Virus record (IMG/VR): IMGVR_UViG_3300027674_000001
Span: 1-64,000 of that record
Reading direction: 5' to 3' (one strand)
DNA length: 64,000 nt
Source: a virus
The notes below the pieces were generated by a model. The model saw only the letters and a program-made list of their open reading frames with translations. It made no database searches and was not told where the DNA came from. This document shows positions 8,526 through 17,057 of the stretch, in pieces. Every line of letters begins with the position of its first letter. Position 1 is the stretch's first letter. The position numbers and the translations under genes are program-made.

Positions 8526-9802
8526 CTGGCCGCCACACCACCATGGAAGAGTGTATGGCGGTACTCCCGATATTCGAGGAGATGCAGCGGAATGGTATGC
8601 CCGCATCCCGATCATACTTCGAGGCCCTATCCGCCGAGATGTGGCAGCGTATGTCCACGGTTCAACGACGTATATCCACGGAATACTTCGATGGCCGCCC
8701 GTTCAATCCCAATTCCACCAAGCAAGTGGCAACCCTTCTCCGTCGTCGCGGACTCGTGGGGCATAAGCGGACCCAAGCGGGCGCTGTATCTACCTCCGAG
8801 AAGTCCATAGGGCACTTGCAATTCACGGACCCCGCGATTCATGACGTATTCGAGTGGCGGGAGTACGAGCATATCAAAGACGCATTCTGTCAACCCATCT
8901 TAGGTAAATTCGACCCCGCTAACCCGGACGATATCCAACCCATCCGGTGTGTTATCCGTACTACTCGCATCCCTACGCGGCGGATAGCTGCTAGTGACCC
9001 TAATCTACTCGCTATGCCGGTGCGCACCGAGGAAGGACGTAAAGTGCGAACCGGGTTCATATGCCCCGAGGGTGAGGTATTCGGAGCTTGGGACTACTCG
9101 CAATTAGAAATGCGCTGCATGGCGCACGAATCGCGCGACCCCCTCATGTGTCAACTGTTTTACGAGAATCGAGATATCCACACCGAGACAGCGGCTCGAA
9201 TATTCAAGATACCGCTAGATCAGGTAGATAAGTTCAAGCATCGTATCCCGGCGAAAAATTCGGGATTTGGAATTCTATATGGGATACAAGGCGAAGGACT
9301 GTTAACCCAACTCCGGATGCTCGGCATCGAGGGATGGACTAAAGAGTCTTGCCAAAAACTAATCGGTGACTGGTTGGACGTGTTCCAAGGAGTAAAAGAG
9401 TACATCGCGCGGACAGCGGTAGAGGTGGCGAAAGTCGGCTATGTGCGGGACTACTCAGGAGCCTATCGCTACATCCCTGGAATCCGCCACTACGACCGCA
9501 AGATAGCCGCAGAGGCCGCACGGTTAGCAGTGAGTCAACGTATCCAGGGCTTGGCGCAAACCATGATACAGCGAGCGATGATTTATCTCCGGCCCCAGAT
9601 ACGCTCTATGCAGGATAGTGGGCTTAACGTTAAGTGGCGCCTTCAAGTGCATGACGAATTACTTAAGTCGTTCACCCCGGACTTGTGGGAGCCATTAGAT
9701 TACATCGTCCGGGATGCGTTAGTTAACCACAGCGGGATAGAGTTAAGAGTGCCGATAGAGTGTGAAGGTAAGTACGCCTCTAGGTGGTCTGATCTTAAGT
9801 GA
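8522..9802 (+). CDS. Family-A DNA polymerase, polymerase domain only (C-terminal part of the split polymerase)
   Basis: Motif A DYSQLEMR, motif B RIPAKNSGFGILYG, motif C QVHDEL. The ATG overlaps the methyltransferase stop (ATGA). Confidence 0.9.
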   Translation: MTGRHTTMEECMAVLPIFEEMQRNGMPASRSYFEALSAEMWQRMSTVQRRISTEYFDGRPFNPNSTKQVATLLRRRGLVGHKRTQAGAVSTSEKSIGHLQFTDPAIHDVFEWREYEHIKDAFCQPILGKFDPANPDDIQPIRCVIRTTRIPTRRIAASDPNLLAMPVRTEEGRKVRTGFICPEGEVFGAWDYSQLEMRCMAHESRDPLMCQLFYENRDIHTETAARIFKIPLDQVDKFKHRIPAKNSGFGILYGIQGEGLLTQLRMLGIEGWTKESCQKLIGDWLDVFQGVKEYIARTAVEVAKVGYVRDYSGAYRYIPGIRHYDRKIAAEAARLAVSQRIQGLAQTMIQRAMIYLRPQIRSMQDSGLNVKWRLQVHDELLKSFTPDLWEPLDYIVRDALVNHSGIELRVPIECEGKYASRWSDLK

Positions 9803-9812
9803 GGTTAAGGCT

Positions 9813-10493
9813 ATGCCCTACGCTAATATAGAAGTTGGAAGAATGAAAGCCAGAGAGAGGTATCTCAGAAACAAGGAAGCTATTGACTCTGCATCAAGAG
9901 AATACTATTGGAAGAATAAAGAACGAATAAACTCCAAGAGGAGAAAACCAATCCAAAGTGCAAGCGAAAGAGCCGACCATTTAACTGCCAAACTAAGGGC
10001 TAGGTTCCAGAGTTACCTACGTCGTAATAAGGTAACTGGGTGCTTAGAGTGGATGGGCTATAAAGATGTTCACGGATATGGTAAACTGTGGATAGGTAGC
10101 CAGAAAGATGGCACCCTTAGAAAGGAAATGTCTCATCGCGTTGCGTGGATTCTAGCTGGTAAAGAGATTACACCAGAGAAACCATTTATCCTGCACAATT
10201 GCCCATGCGGCGACAATCCCTCGTGTTGCGAGATCGCGCATCTATGGGATGGCACAGCAGCAGACAATAATACCGATAGATCAAGAAAGGACAGAAGTAG
10301 ACGCAGTGAGCTAGGACTCCCTAGAGGTGTTCAACCAAATTACACTCAGAAGGAATCTTACCAAGCCCGTATTCAAGTGGGCAGTAAGCAAATCTACATC
10401 GGATCGTATAGCTCAATCGAAGAGGCTAGGCAAGCTGTAGAAGCTGCCGGCGGATGGAGACAAGAAGAGAGCGGCGGCGATGCCACCACGTAA
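9813..10493 (+). CDS. HNH homing endonuclease with a C-terminal AP2-like DNA-binding domain (free-standing mobile gene)
   Basis: GCLEWMGYKDVHGYG...SHRVAW...LHNCPCGDNPSCCEIAHLWDGTAADN is an HNH_3-type signature. YQARIQVGSKQIYIGSYSSIEEA is AP2-like. The gene is visibly AT-rich relative to its flanks. The start was moved to ATG 9813. Confidence 0.85.
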   Translation: MPYANIEVGRMKARERYLRNKEAIDSASREYYWKNKERINSKRRKPIQSASERADHLTAKLRARFQSYLRRNKVTGCLEWMGYKDVHGYGKLWIGSQKDGTLRKEMSHRVAWILAGKEITPEKPFILHNCPCGDNPSCCEIAHLWDGTAADNNTDRSRKDRSRRSELGLPRGVQPNYTQKESYQARIQVGSKQIYIGSYSSIEEARQAVEAAGGWRQEESGGDATT

Positions 10494-10635
10494 CCGTCAC
10501 CGCCACTCTATCCCCTCGCGCCGTCGTAATCGCGGGTACCGATTTCTCCCCCTCGTGGCGTCCGTGCTAAGTTGTCATCTTGTGATCTGGTCAACCCGTA
10601 GATCGGGGATTCTAGGCCCCCCAAGAAGACGGGCC

Positions 10636-10665
10636 TTGACAGGGACCCCCCGAGGATGGTAGTCT
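10636..10665 (+). promoter_or_regulatory. Sigma70-type promoter P3 (conserved family)
   Basis: TTGACA 10636-10641, 18 nt, TGG-TAGTCT with the -10 at 10660-10665. The flanking arms GGGCC/GGACC have one mismatch. Confidence 0.6.
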
Positions 10666-10674
10666 TTTGGGGCG

Positions 10675-10875
10675 ATGAGCGAGCGAGTAGAGGACCGACA
10701 AAACGGGGCAGGGTGCCACCTGTCACGGGCAGCGGCTCGGCAACTGGGCGATGACCCGGATACACGGGCGAACCCGGATACCGTGGCATGCGACAAATCG
10801 GTCGCCGTGGCACACGGACAGCGGGAGACGGTGGACGCATACTCTCGCCGCTTGCCCATCGCGTTGCACCTTTGA
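10675..10875 (+). CDS. Possible small protein (66 aa) on a very short leader
   Basis: The ATG lies 10 nt after the P3 -10 element. No Shine-Dalgarno sequence. Composition is not clearly coding. Alternatively this region is a 230-nt untranslated leader. Confidence 0.3.
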   Translation: MSERVEDRQNGAGCHLSRAAARQLGDDPDTRANPDTVACDKSVAVAHGQRETVDAYSRRLPIALHL

Positions 10876-10891
10876 TCTAATTCACTAGCCA

Positions 10892-11077
10892 ATGTACCAG
10901 CCAACCGCTATCGAGATCGCCCGTCACGGCTACACCGAATCGGACGACGCATTACGCCTATCATTCGGTGCGTACTTCCGCGAGTGTGAGAGGGTGTTTC
11001 TAGAGAGATTAGAGGAACTGGTGTCTCAAGAGATCGCTAAGCAAATCACCGCGGATGGGTACGGGATCAAGGTCTAA
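10892..11077 (+). CDS. Hypothetical protein
   Basis: 61-aa ORF with no obvious RBS. Confidence 0.4.
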   Translation: MYQPTAIEIARHGYTESDDALRLSFGAYFRECERVFLERLEELVSQEIAKQITADGYGIKV

Positions 11078-11084
11078 ACTCGCC

Positions 11085-11279
11085 ATGGACGCCGTTACTA
11101 GGCTATTGGACTTCCTCGATGCCATCTTTAATTCTAAGGATGAAGATCCGCACGTTATCCCATATGCGTCCAGTTGGGATATCGACGTATACGATAAGTC
11201 ACCTCTAGGCAACGGGTATACGATGTGGGAGACGGGTAAACGGTTGCTCGCGGACGCCAAGGCGGAACTCAACTCATGA
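11085..11279 (+). CDS. Hypothetical protein
   Basis: ATG 11085 is the first non-overlapping start within the listed ORF 11055..11279. Confidence 0.45.
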   Translation: MDAVTRLLDFLDAIFNSKDEDPHVIPYASSWDIDVYDKSPLGNGYTMWETGKRLLADAKAELNS

Positions 11280-11542
11280 AATGCCTATTAGGTACGGACG
11301 ATTGGGAGGTGATCTATCTCACTGTTTGCGTACCTCTCGTACACCTTAACATCGATGGACAGAGCATTCCAGAAGTCGTCCCAAGCGAGCGCTCGCTAAG
11401 CGCGTCGTTCGATACCGTTGAAGCAGATGTGCCCGATGAGTTAGTGGCCAGATACCTTGCCGCTAATAAGGAATTCGAGGAAGTGCAGCACGAGTTGTCT
11501 AATATCTTGGGCGACGATGCACGGGACGCGATATGTCGATAG
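11276..11542 (+). CDS. Hypothetical acidic protein
   Basis: 88-aa ORF with an ATGA overlap with the upstream gene. Confidence 0.5.
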   Translation: MKCLLGTDDWEVIYLTVCVPLVHLNIDGQSIPEVVPSERSLSASFDTVEADVPDELVARYLAANKEFEEVQHELSNILGDDARDAICR

Positions 11543-11552
11543 GGCTACTACC

Positions 11553-12284
11553 ATGTCGATAGACGTACAAGGGCTTAACCAACTCGAGAACCCCGCGCAT
11601 TATTCCACCGCGGAGGGCGACCCCACTTTACATAGTTTGCAACGCTCACGAACGAGACGGCAACCGGGCGAGTGGGAGGAGTTATACTTCCAATTTCTCT
11701 GCGAGGGTAAGACTCGCGAAGTGGCCGCCGCGCTCGCTGGGGTTACTCGCCAGGCTCCATTTCTCCGTCGTAAATCCGATGTGTACTTCGCCGAGATGGA
11801 GTATGCCAGCGTACAGATGGGTACGGCGGATTTATTGAATGATGCGCGGGATGTAATCAAAGAACGGGCGCGCGGGTATGAGAGAGTATTGATCCATCTA
11901 CTATCTCACCGAGGGGTTAACGCTAAGACTATCGTAGAGACGAGTGGACCAAATGGTGGGCCACAACAAGTCAACGTGACAGGTGGCGTGGGTGGCGTGG
12001 GCGCGTTTGACATTGACGCTATCCCAATGCCGATTGATGTTAAGCGAGCGGTGGTCGCGCGCATGGAAGAGATTGAGGCGATGATAGCACCGTACCGGGG
12101 GAACATGAATGGACCAAAGCCAAATGTGGGGCAGCTTGCTACTGGAGATCGCGGTAATGGGGTTAGCATTCTTGGTGGGGTACGTGGGGATGCGATGGAT
12201 AGACAGGAGAAGGTAATCAACGTAGCACAGGCACAGGTTACCGCACAGTCCCGCCCGCGCCCGCTTGTGAGGTTACCGATATGA
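11553..12284 (+). CDS. Hypothetical protein with a helix-turn-helix-like segment
   Basis: ATG 11553 lies just after the upstream stop. GKTREVAAALAGVTRQAPFLR resembles an HTH. The N-terminus MSIDVQGLNQLE resembles the tail motif of the three left-end proteins. Confidence 0.55.
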   Translation: MSIDVQGLNQLENPAHYSTAEGDPTLHSLQRSRTRRQPGEWEELYFQFLCEGKTREVAAALAGVTRQAPFLRRKSDVYFAEMEYASVQMGTADLLNDARDVIKERARGYERVLIHLLSHRGVNAKTIVETSGPNGGPQQVNVTGGVGGVGAFDIDAIPMPIDVKRAVVARMEEIEAMIAPYRGNMNGPKPNVGQLATGDRGNGVSILGGVRGDAMDRQEKVINVAQAQVTAQSRPRPLVRLPI

Positions 12285-12297
12285 GAGCCCGTGAACT

Positions 12298-12645
12298 GTG
12301 CTAGTAATCACACAGAGGAGTATTATACTTGGTGTGTCGAAGGCGTGGGATACCCAATACGGCGGTACTCCCGATGACCCGCACCACGAGCTGATAGGCA
12401 AGCGCCTACGTGAGCTTGATCTGTCTACTGCATCCAAGCGCACCGTAAACAAGATCATCGGCAATGACTCGTGGACTAGGCTGCCTGCTTGTGATGAGTG
12501 TGGACAGAAGAATGTACCTGTGTCTGTGCGCGTAGGCCAGGAGCCTGACTGGGAAAGCCGCACCGCTACCTTGTGTGTGCCGTGTCTATGTAAGGCTGTA
12601 AAGGAGGCAGAGGCTCAACTCTCTGCGATTGCGGCCTATGGCTAA
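12298..12645 (+). CDS. Hypothetical protein with a Cys4 zinc-ribbon-like motif
   Basis: CDECG...CVPCLC pairs. The start is uncertain. Confidence 0.5.
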   Translation: MLVITQRSIILGVSKAWDTQYGGTPDDPHHELIGKRLRELDLSTASKRTVNKIIGNDSWTRLPACDECGQKNVPVSVRVGQEPDWESRTATLCVPCLCKAVKEAEAQLSAIAAYG

Positions 12646-12853
12646 TTCCGCCTACGCTCTCGACTACATTAACGGTGACTCACCCGACTCCCCCGTCCGT
12701 GGAGCCCACGATGGATTCCACGATTTAACCCGCCGCCACATTAGCCTAATCCCACTAGTCAGCCGTTACCGGGGCCACGAGCGCCATTTAGAACGGTTGA
12801 TCGATCAATGGGAGACGTTAGATAGAAAGGTGAGCACCGATGGAGTTGCGTAA
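12638..12853 (+). CDS. Hypothetical protein
   Basis: ATG 12638 overlaps the upstream stop region and is in frame with the listed ORF 12629. Confidence 0.45.
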   Translation: MANSAYALDYINGDSPDSPVRGAHDGFHDLTRRHISLIPLVSRYRGHERHLERLIDQWETLDRKVSTDGVA

Positions 12854-12940
12854 ACCATTGGATAGAAAGGAGTCATCGCAATGATTGTGGCTTGGATGGG
12901 CGCCATCCGAGTGGAACCTGAAAAGGTTGGAGGCTAGATA

Positions 12941-13204
12941 ATGGGTAACACTGCCGCTGAGCACGTACTCCGCACGATAATGACTAATGCTGAGTACGAC
13001 GGTGTAGTCGAGCAGTTGATGGCCATCCGCGCCGAAGTACTCAAATCGCAAGAATCTGGCAAGACCATAACCGTGTCAGGTTCTTGGTGGCGTCCTTCGC
13101 ACCTATTACCATTCTCCGCGCTAGATCCTCCAATTGATAAGTACAAGCCAGGTAATATGCACATCGACCTGCACATTGAATTCCTCGGTACTGAAGAAAG
13201 GTAG
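12941..13204 (+). CDS. Hypothetical protein
   Basis: 87-aa ORF preceded by GGTTGGAGG. Confidence 0.5.
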   Translation: MGNTAAEHVLRTIMTNAEYDGVVEQLMAIRAEVLKSQESGKTITVSGSWWRPSHLLPFSALDPPIDKYKPGNMHIDLHIEFLGTEER

Positions 13205-13216
13205 GATAACCCACCT

Positions 13217-14107
13217 ATGAGCAACGGAGCCCCTGAGCACGTACGTATCGCCGCTATATCCCCTCTCCATAGCCGCGATCACAAGTTCCCTATCATCCTC
13301 GACGATTACGCCGACAACGGGACCGTAAACCAGAAGCTTCTATCCTCTGCCAACTCTCTCGCGGTGTCGGTCCTACGTCCAGACCTCATCTCTGCACTAG
13401 TCGCCCAGCGGCGCCTGTTGAATTACCTCACTCTCCAATCCACCCATGGTCATATGTCCCTCGGTACTGGCCACTTCGATATCAACGAGCAATTTGCATC
13501 CGATCCTCATGCCGCGTTACATGGTGGGTGGGCGGCGATGGCCCTGTACGAGACTCACCTAGCCCGGGATCAGTTCCATATCGATCGCCTCACCCCCGCT
13601 CTTGCAGCGGCTATGATCGATTGGTGGGCGGCCCACTTACTCGGGCTGAGCCACTTCTGGGTAACGGGTGCCGGGGTCCGCATGCCATGCGCCCGCGCGA
13701 AATTTCTCCCAGGCCAGTTTACGTGGGAAAGCCGAGTGTACGCGCGTGTGATGTTAGGCGAGAGCGGACACACGGCGGCCCAGAAGTACGGGGGTATCCC
13801 ACCGGGGGCTAAGTACGTATTCGATGTGGTGTTAGAATCGTGTAAGCCACTATTCCCAGCGATTAAGGCGAGAATGGCTACCGTGGCGCTGAAACTTGGT
13901 AACCCGATTAGGCGATGGGATGGCGCCGGGCCTAACGGTGGATTCGTCGCCGCGTACGTGAGGGACAGTCCAGATGTAATGGCCCCGATGGGTTGGTGTA
14001 TCGTAGATGGCCAAGGAAAGATCACAGGTAATAACAGGTTGCTATCGGAGGGGTTCAATACGTCGGGACCCGAGCCCAACGGACTACCTACCATAGTAAT
14101 CGGATAA
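13217..14107 (+). CDS. Hypothetical protein (296 aa)
   Basis: Long ORF with RBS GAAAGGTAGG. No family recognised by eye. Confidence 0.6.
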   Translation: MSNGAPEHVRIAAISPLHSRDHKFPIILDDYADNGTVNQKLLSSANSLAVSVLRPDLISALVAQRRLLNYLTLQSTHGHMSLGTGHFDINEQFASDPHAALHGGWAAMALYETHLARDQFHIDRLTPALAAAMIDWWAAHLLGLSHFWVTGAGVRMPCARAKFLPGQFTWESRVYARVMLGESGHTAAQKYGGIPPGAKYVFDVVLESCKPLFPAIKARMATVALKLGNPIRRWDGAGPNGGFVAAYVRDSPDVMAPMGWCIVDGQGKITGNNRLLSEGFNTSGPEPNGLPTIVIG

Positions 14108-14131
14108 CCCGGGTGAACAACAACGAGATAT

Positions 14132-14578
14132 ATGAGTGCGGGTGTGGGTGTACGTGTTAGGGAATGGAAGTGTACAACCGATATGAAAAGTTGGACAGAT
14201 AGCAGATTCGGTAATCGCCTCCATAAATCGTGGTGGAAGCGCAGACATTACTTAGATCATACGATGGAACTGTCTCATTGGCCGTGGTGGATGTTGCGGC
14301 GTTGGTTGAAATGGTTCACATGGCGTATACATCTGGGCTCATTCTGCACTGAGATGTGCCAACGGTGTGGCCGTTGTCAACCCTTGGTATGGTGGGCTGA
14401 TGATGAGATATGGCAAATAGTGTCCGGGGTAACTGGGCCGAGCAGAGGTGGCGCGTATTGTCCTGAGTGCTTTGATTGTCTATTTAAGCGAAAAACTGGC
14501 ATTCTTTTAAGTTGGGCACCGGAGATCCATGAAGCGCGCATAGAGAGGTGGGATAAATGGAGAGCGGAGAATAAATGA
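14132..14578 (+). CDS. Hypothetical Trp/Cys-rich protein
   Basis: 148-aa ORF with CQRCGRC...CPECFDC zinc-ribbon-like pairs. Confidence 0.5.
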   Translation: MSAGVGVRVREWKCTTDMKSWTDSRFGNRLHKSWWKRRHYLDHTMELSHWPWWMLRRWLKWFTWRIHLGSFCTEMCQRCGRCQPLVWWADDEIWQIVSGVTGPSRGGAYCPECFDCLFKRKTGILLSWAPEIHEARIERWDKWRAENK

Positions 14579-14805
14579 TCGACGACTCTCCATACGGGCG
14601 CCCACGACTCCGCGCTGAGCACGCTAAATACATGCGCGCAGATGCCACCATTCGTAACCTTCGCCGCCACGATCACCACTACGATAACCCTATAACCGGC
14701 GAACCCAACCGTATTGCGTGGTGCGCGTACTACCGTGAGCAACTAATTAACCTTGGCGTGATAGTGCCTACCGGCATCGTGTCGGACTCTGGCACTGAGC
14801 AATAA
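14575..14805 (+). CDS. Hypothetical protein
   Basis: 76-aa ORF with an ATGA overlap. Confidence 0.5.
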   Translation: MIDDSPYGRPRLRAEHAKYMRADATIRNLRRHDHHYDNPITGEPNRIAWCAYYREQLINLGVIVPTGIVSDSGTEQ

Positions 14806-14807
14806 GT

Positions 14808-14867
14808 CAACCGTACAACCGTACAACCGTACAACCGTACAACCGTACAACCGTACAATGTACAACG
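14808..14867. repeat. Tandem octamer repeat (CAACCGTA) x6 perfect, plus two degenerate units
   Basis: Perfect copies at 14808, 14816, 14824, 14832, 14840 and 14848, then CAATGTA and CAACG. Located in the intergenic gap ending about 20 nt before ATG 14889. Confidence 0.95.
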
Positions 14868-14888
14868 AAAGGTAGGTAACCCACCACC

Positions 14889-15632
14889 ATGAGCCAGACA
14901 TTTAACCCTCCCAAGTCCGTTGCCGAGTGCGCCGTCAACGCGGGGCTCGGCCGTACCCAGTGCATTAGTTACTTTACCCCCGATGGCATCCAAACCAAAT
15001 CCACCCTCGCTGGCACCATCGTCCCCGAGCATCATCTAGATTTCTCGGGGGATCGGCATGTGCTCGCCGATTCGATGGTGGCCCGCTATGGCAAGGGGCT
15101 TGGATTCCCGTGGGAGCACGCTACCCCTGGTAACCCTGTAGAGTTCACGCCCACTCCTGTCTACGCTTACGCGGGGGATTTAGACGAACTCAAATGGGGT
15201 GTGACGGGGATGGTGCTCACCGCCTTGCTGTTCGGTGGGTGGTTCGGGCGCAGCGGGCTAGTTCTCCCGTACACCCTCACCGTGGAGGACGCTGCTGATA
15301 TTCTCGTGCTGTGGGATTTAGCGGTGGCTCTGGGCCAGTCCTCTGGCGGTATCAGCAGCGTGGGAGGGGTGTCGATATTCCCGGCCGCCATCGTGGTGGA
15401 CACGCTCCCTACCGAAGGCGTCCTCACGGGTCAACCATACCAAGTCAAGTCCACGGGCGAAGTGTGGATCTATAACGGGACGAAGTGGAATAGTCAAGGG
15501 GTGCAAGGCGCGGGTGCAGCGGGTGGAACGGGCGCGGGCTCTGGCACCGTCTCACTCGCCACCCTCACTGCTGCCGTCGTGGGTATCCAAGCCCAGATGG
15601 CCACACTCAAGAAGAAACTGGGGATTAAGTAG
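14889..15632 (+). CDS. Hypothetical protein (247 aa) with a Gly/Ala-rich C-terminal region
   Basis: ORF with RBS GAAAGGTAGG. No family recognised. Confidence 0.6.
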   Translation: MSQTFNPPKSVAECAVNAGLGRTQCISYFTPDGIQTKSTLAGTIVPEHHLDFSGDRHVLADSMVARYGKGLGFPWEHATPGNPVEFTPTPVYAYAGDLDELKWGVTGMVLTALLFGGWFGRSGLVLPYTLTVEDAADILVLWDLAVALGQSSGGISSVGGVSIFPAAIVVDTLPTEGVLTGQPYQVKSTGEVWIYNGTKWNSQGVQGAGAAGGTGAGSGTVSLATLTAAVVGIQAQMATLKKKLGIK

Positions 15633-15647
15633 AGTAAGACACACGCC

Positions 15648-15669
15648 TAGACATCAACTAGACATCAAC
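15648..15669. repeat. Tandem 11-bp repeat TAGACATCAAC x2 (a third partial GAGACAT at 15677)
   Basis: Read directly from the sequence. It lies upstream of the lipoprotein gene and contains TAGACA -35-like hexamers. Confidence 0.8.
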
Positions 15670-15712
15670 ACACACCGAGACATTAAAACCACAAGGAGCC
15701 ACGACGATAACC

Positions 15713-16225
15713 ATGAGACACCTAACTCGATTCATTCCCATCGCTCTATCTACTTTCATCCTCACGGTTGCTCTACTCGCGGGCTCTGGGTGCGCTGCCA
15801 CGAATGCAGCCATCCACTCGGCAGCGGGTACCGTGGCGAGCGCCACCACAGCAACAGGGGTAACCGGACAAGTGGGGCAGCTCCAAGTCCTCACTGGCAA
15901 CTTGGACGCTGACTTGTTCCGCGCCCTAATGTCCATCCGTGCGGGCCTCATGCAGTTCTCCGTAGCGGCGGCGGGTGACCCTGCTCTAACCGTTATCGCC
16001 AATAACCAGATAGCTAGGTTTAACTCGGCCGCCGCTGAGATAGTCCATTTCCGGGCGCTGTTTGGGGTGGTGAATGCAGCGGTGAGTGAGGGGGTGAGCC
16101 TACAGGGGCAACCGGTGGACTGGACTCAGCTCACCCCGATCGGGCCGGTGGGGACGGCGCCCCCGGTGAGCCCTGCCACGAGCCCGAGCCCGAGCGCCCC
16201 TGCACCCAAGCCCCCGGGCAGGTAG
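15713..16225 (+). CDS. Putative secreted protein or lipoprotein
   Basis: The N-terminus MRHLTRFIPIALSTFILTVALLAGSGC has a signal-peptide shape with a Cys after Gly. RBS AAGGAG. Pro-rich C-terminus. Confidence 0.55.
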   Translation: MRHLTRFIPIALSTFILTVALLAGSGCAATNAAIHSAAGTVASATTATGVTGQVGQLQVLTGNLDADLFRALMSIRAGLMQFSVAAAGDPALTVIANNQIARFNSAAAEIVHFRALFGVVNAAVSEGVSLQGQPVDWTQLTPIGPVGTAPPVSPATSPSPSAPAPKPPGR

Positions 16226-16257
16226 ATCGGGGCGCAGGCGTCAACGTAGCGTGTGCG

Positions 16258-16323
16258 CGCCCGGGGTGGAATCGCTGTGGTGCCTGAGTGTGCCGGCCGG
16301 CGGGACCTCCCGGGCGTTTTCTT
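16258..16323 (+). terminator. Possible terminator (long-loop hairpin plus T-tract)
   Basis: CGCCCGGG 16258-16265 pairs with CCCGGGCG 16309-16316, followed by TTTTCTT. The large 43-nt loop makes this weak. Confidence 0.3.
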
Positions 16324-16374
16324 GTCTACTCAGTCGCTTCAATACTTCCGTGAGCTTGCCGGCCCCTCTAGTCC

Positions 16375-16404
16375 TTGACAGGGACCACCCGCGCGTGCTA
16401 CGCT
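16375..16404 (+). promoter_or_regulatory. Sigma70-type promoter P4 (conserved family)
   Basis: TTGACA 16375-16380, 18 nt, TGC-TACGCT with the -10 at 16399-16404. Followed by an about 270-nt leader before ATG 16677. Confidence 0.6.
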
Positions 16405-16676
16405 CAGTCTTTCCGGCACCGTGAATGGCGCGCCCAAGCGAACCCGATAACCTCGAGCCTGCACCTGTGATAGGTGGTACAGGCTCTCGATTATTCTGTT
16501 GCTATTGCCAAGTGTATGCTACCGTGCCACACCATTGCCCCGACCGAGTACACCATCTCGCTGGTATCCGTTACTCCTGCGCGCCATACAGATCCGCGAG
16601 TAGTAACCAGGTTGACATGTTCTCTGGCCGCCGATCGTTACACATGGGCGAGATGGATTAGAGCATAATATAGCCA

Positions 16677-17057
16677 ATGAATACAAGAAACCCAACTCCG
16701 CTAAGCGCTCTCGCTCCTCCCGCTCCTCCCGCTCCTCCCGCTCCTCCCGTCTCTCGTTCTGCTGTATTCATCTCGCCCACATCTCGCCACACCGTTACCC
16801 CGTTCGACTCTACACCCGACACGTATACGTTAGATGGGGTGGTGTATCAATACGTTGGGACTTCGGATGGGGCGGCGTTCTACATGACGGATGAGCAGAT
16901 AGATAAAGCTGGGTATGCTCTTGCATCTCCTCGATACCTTGATTCGTTTGTCACATGTAACGGGTTGGGGCCTTGGTGTGAGCAATGCGGCGATTGTCTC
17001 GTGTGTTACGGTGAGGACGTATGTACGGTTACCGGAGAGCCGCACTCGTGCCCATAA
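16677..17057 (+). CDS. Hypothetical protein with a (PAP)n tract and a Cys-rich C-terminus
   Basis: 126-aa ORF. A 9-bp repeat GCTCCTCCC x4 at 16713-16748 encodes PAPPAPPAPPAP. The C-terminus has CEQCGDCLVC. Confidence 0.5.
   Translation: MNTRNPTPLSALAPPAPPAPPAPPVSRSAVFISPTSRHTVTPFDSTPDTYTLDGVVYQYVGTSDGAAFYMTDEQIDKAGYALASPRYLDSFVTCNGLGPWCEQCGDCLVCYGEDVCTVTGEPHSCP

Noticed and set aside
13570-14094. 174-aa minus-strand ORF
   Set aside because: It is entirely antisense to the 296-aa plus-strand ORF, has a Pro/Ser-rich composition and breaks the co-directional gene array.
14808-14867. Possibility that the tandem octamers or other repeats form a CRISPR array
   Set aside because: The units are 8 bp and directly adjacent, with no spacers. 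No CRISPR-like repeat-spacer architecture exists anywhere in the window.
16425-16668. Two overlapping 64-78-aa ORFs in the leader downstream of P4
   Set aside because: They have no RBS and overlap each other in different frames. Their Cys/His/Arg-rich composition is unlike the neighbouring genes. The region is treated as a long structured 5' leader.
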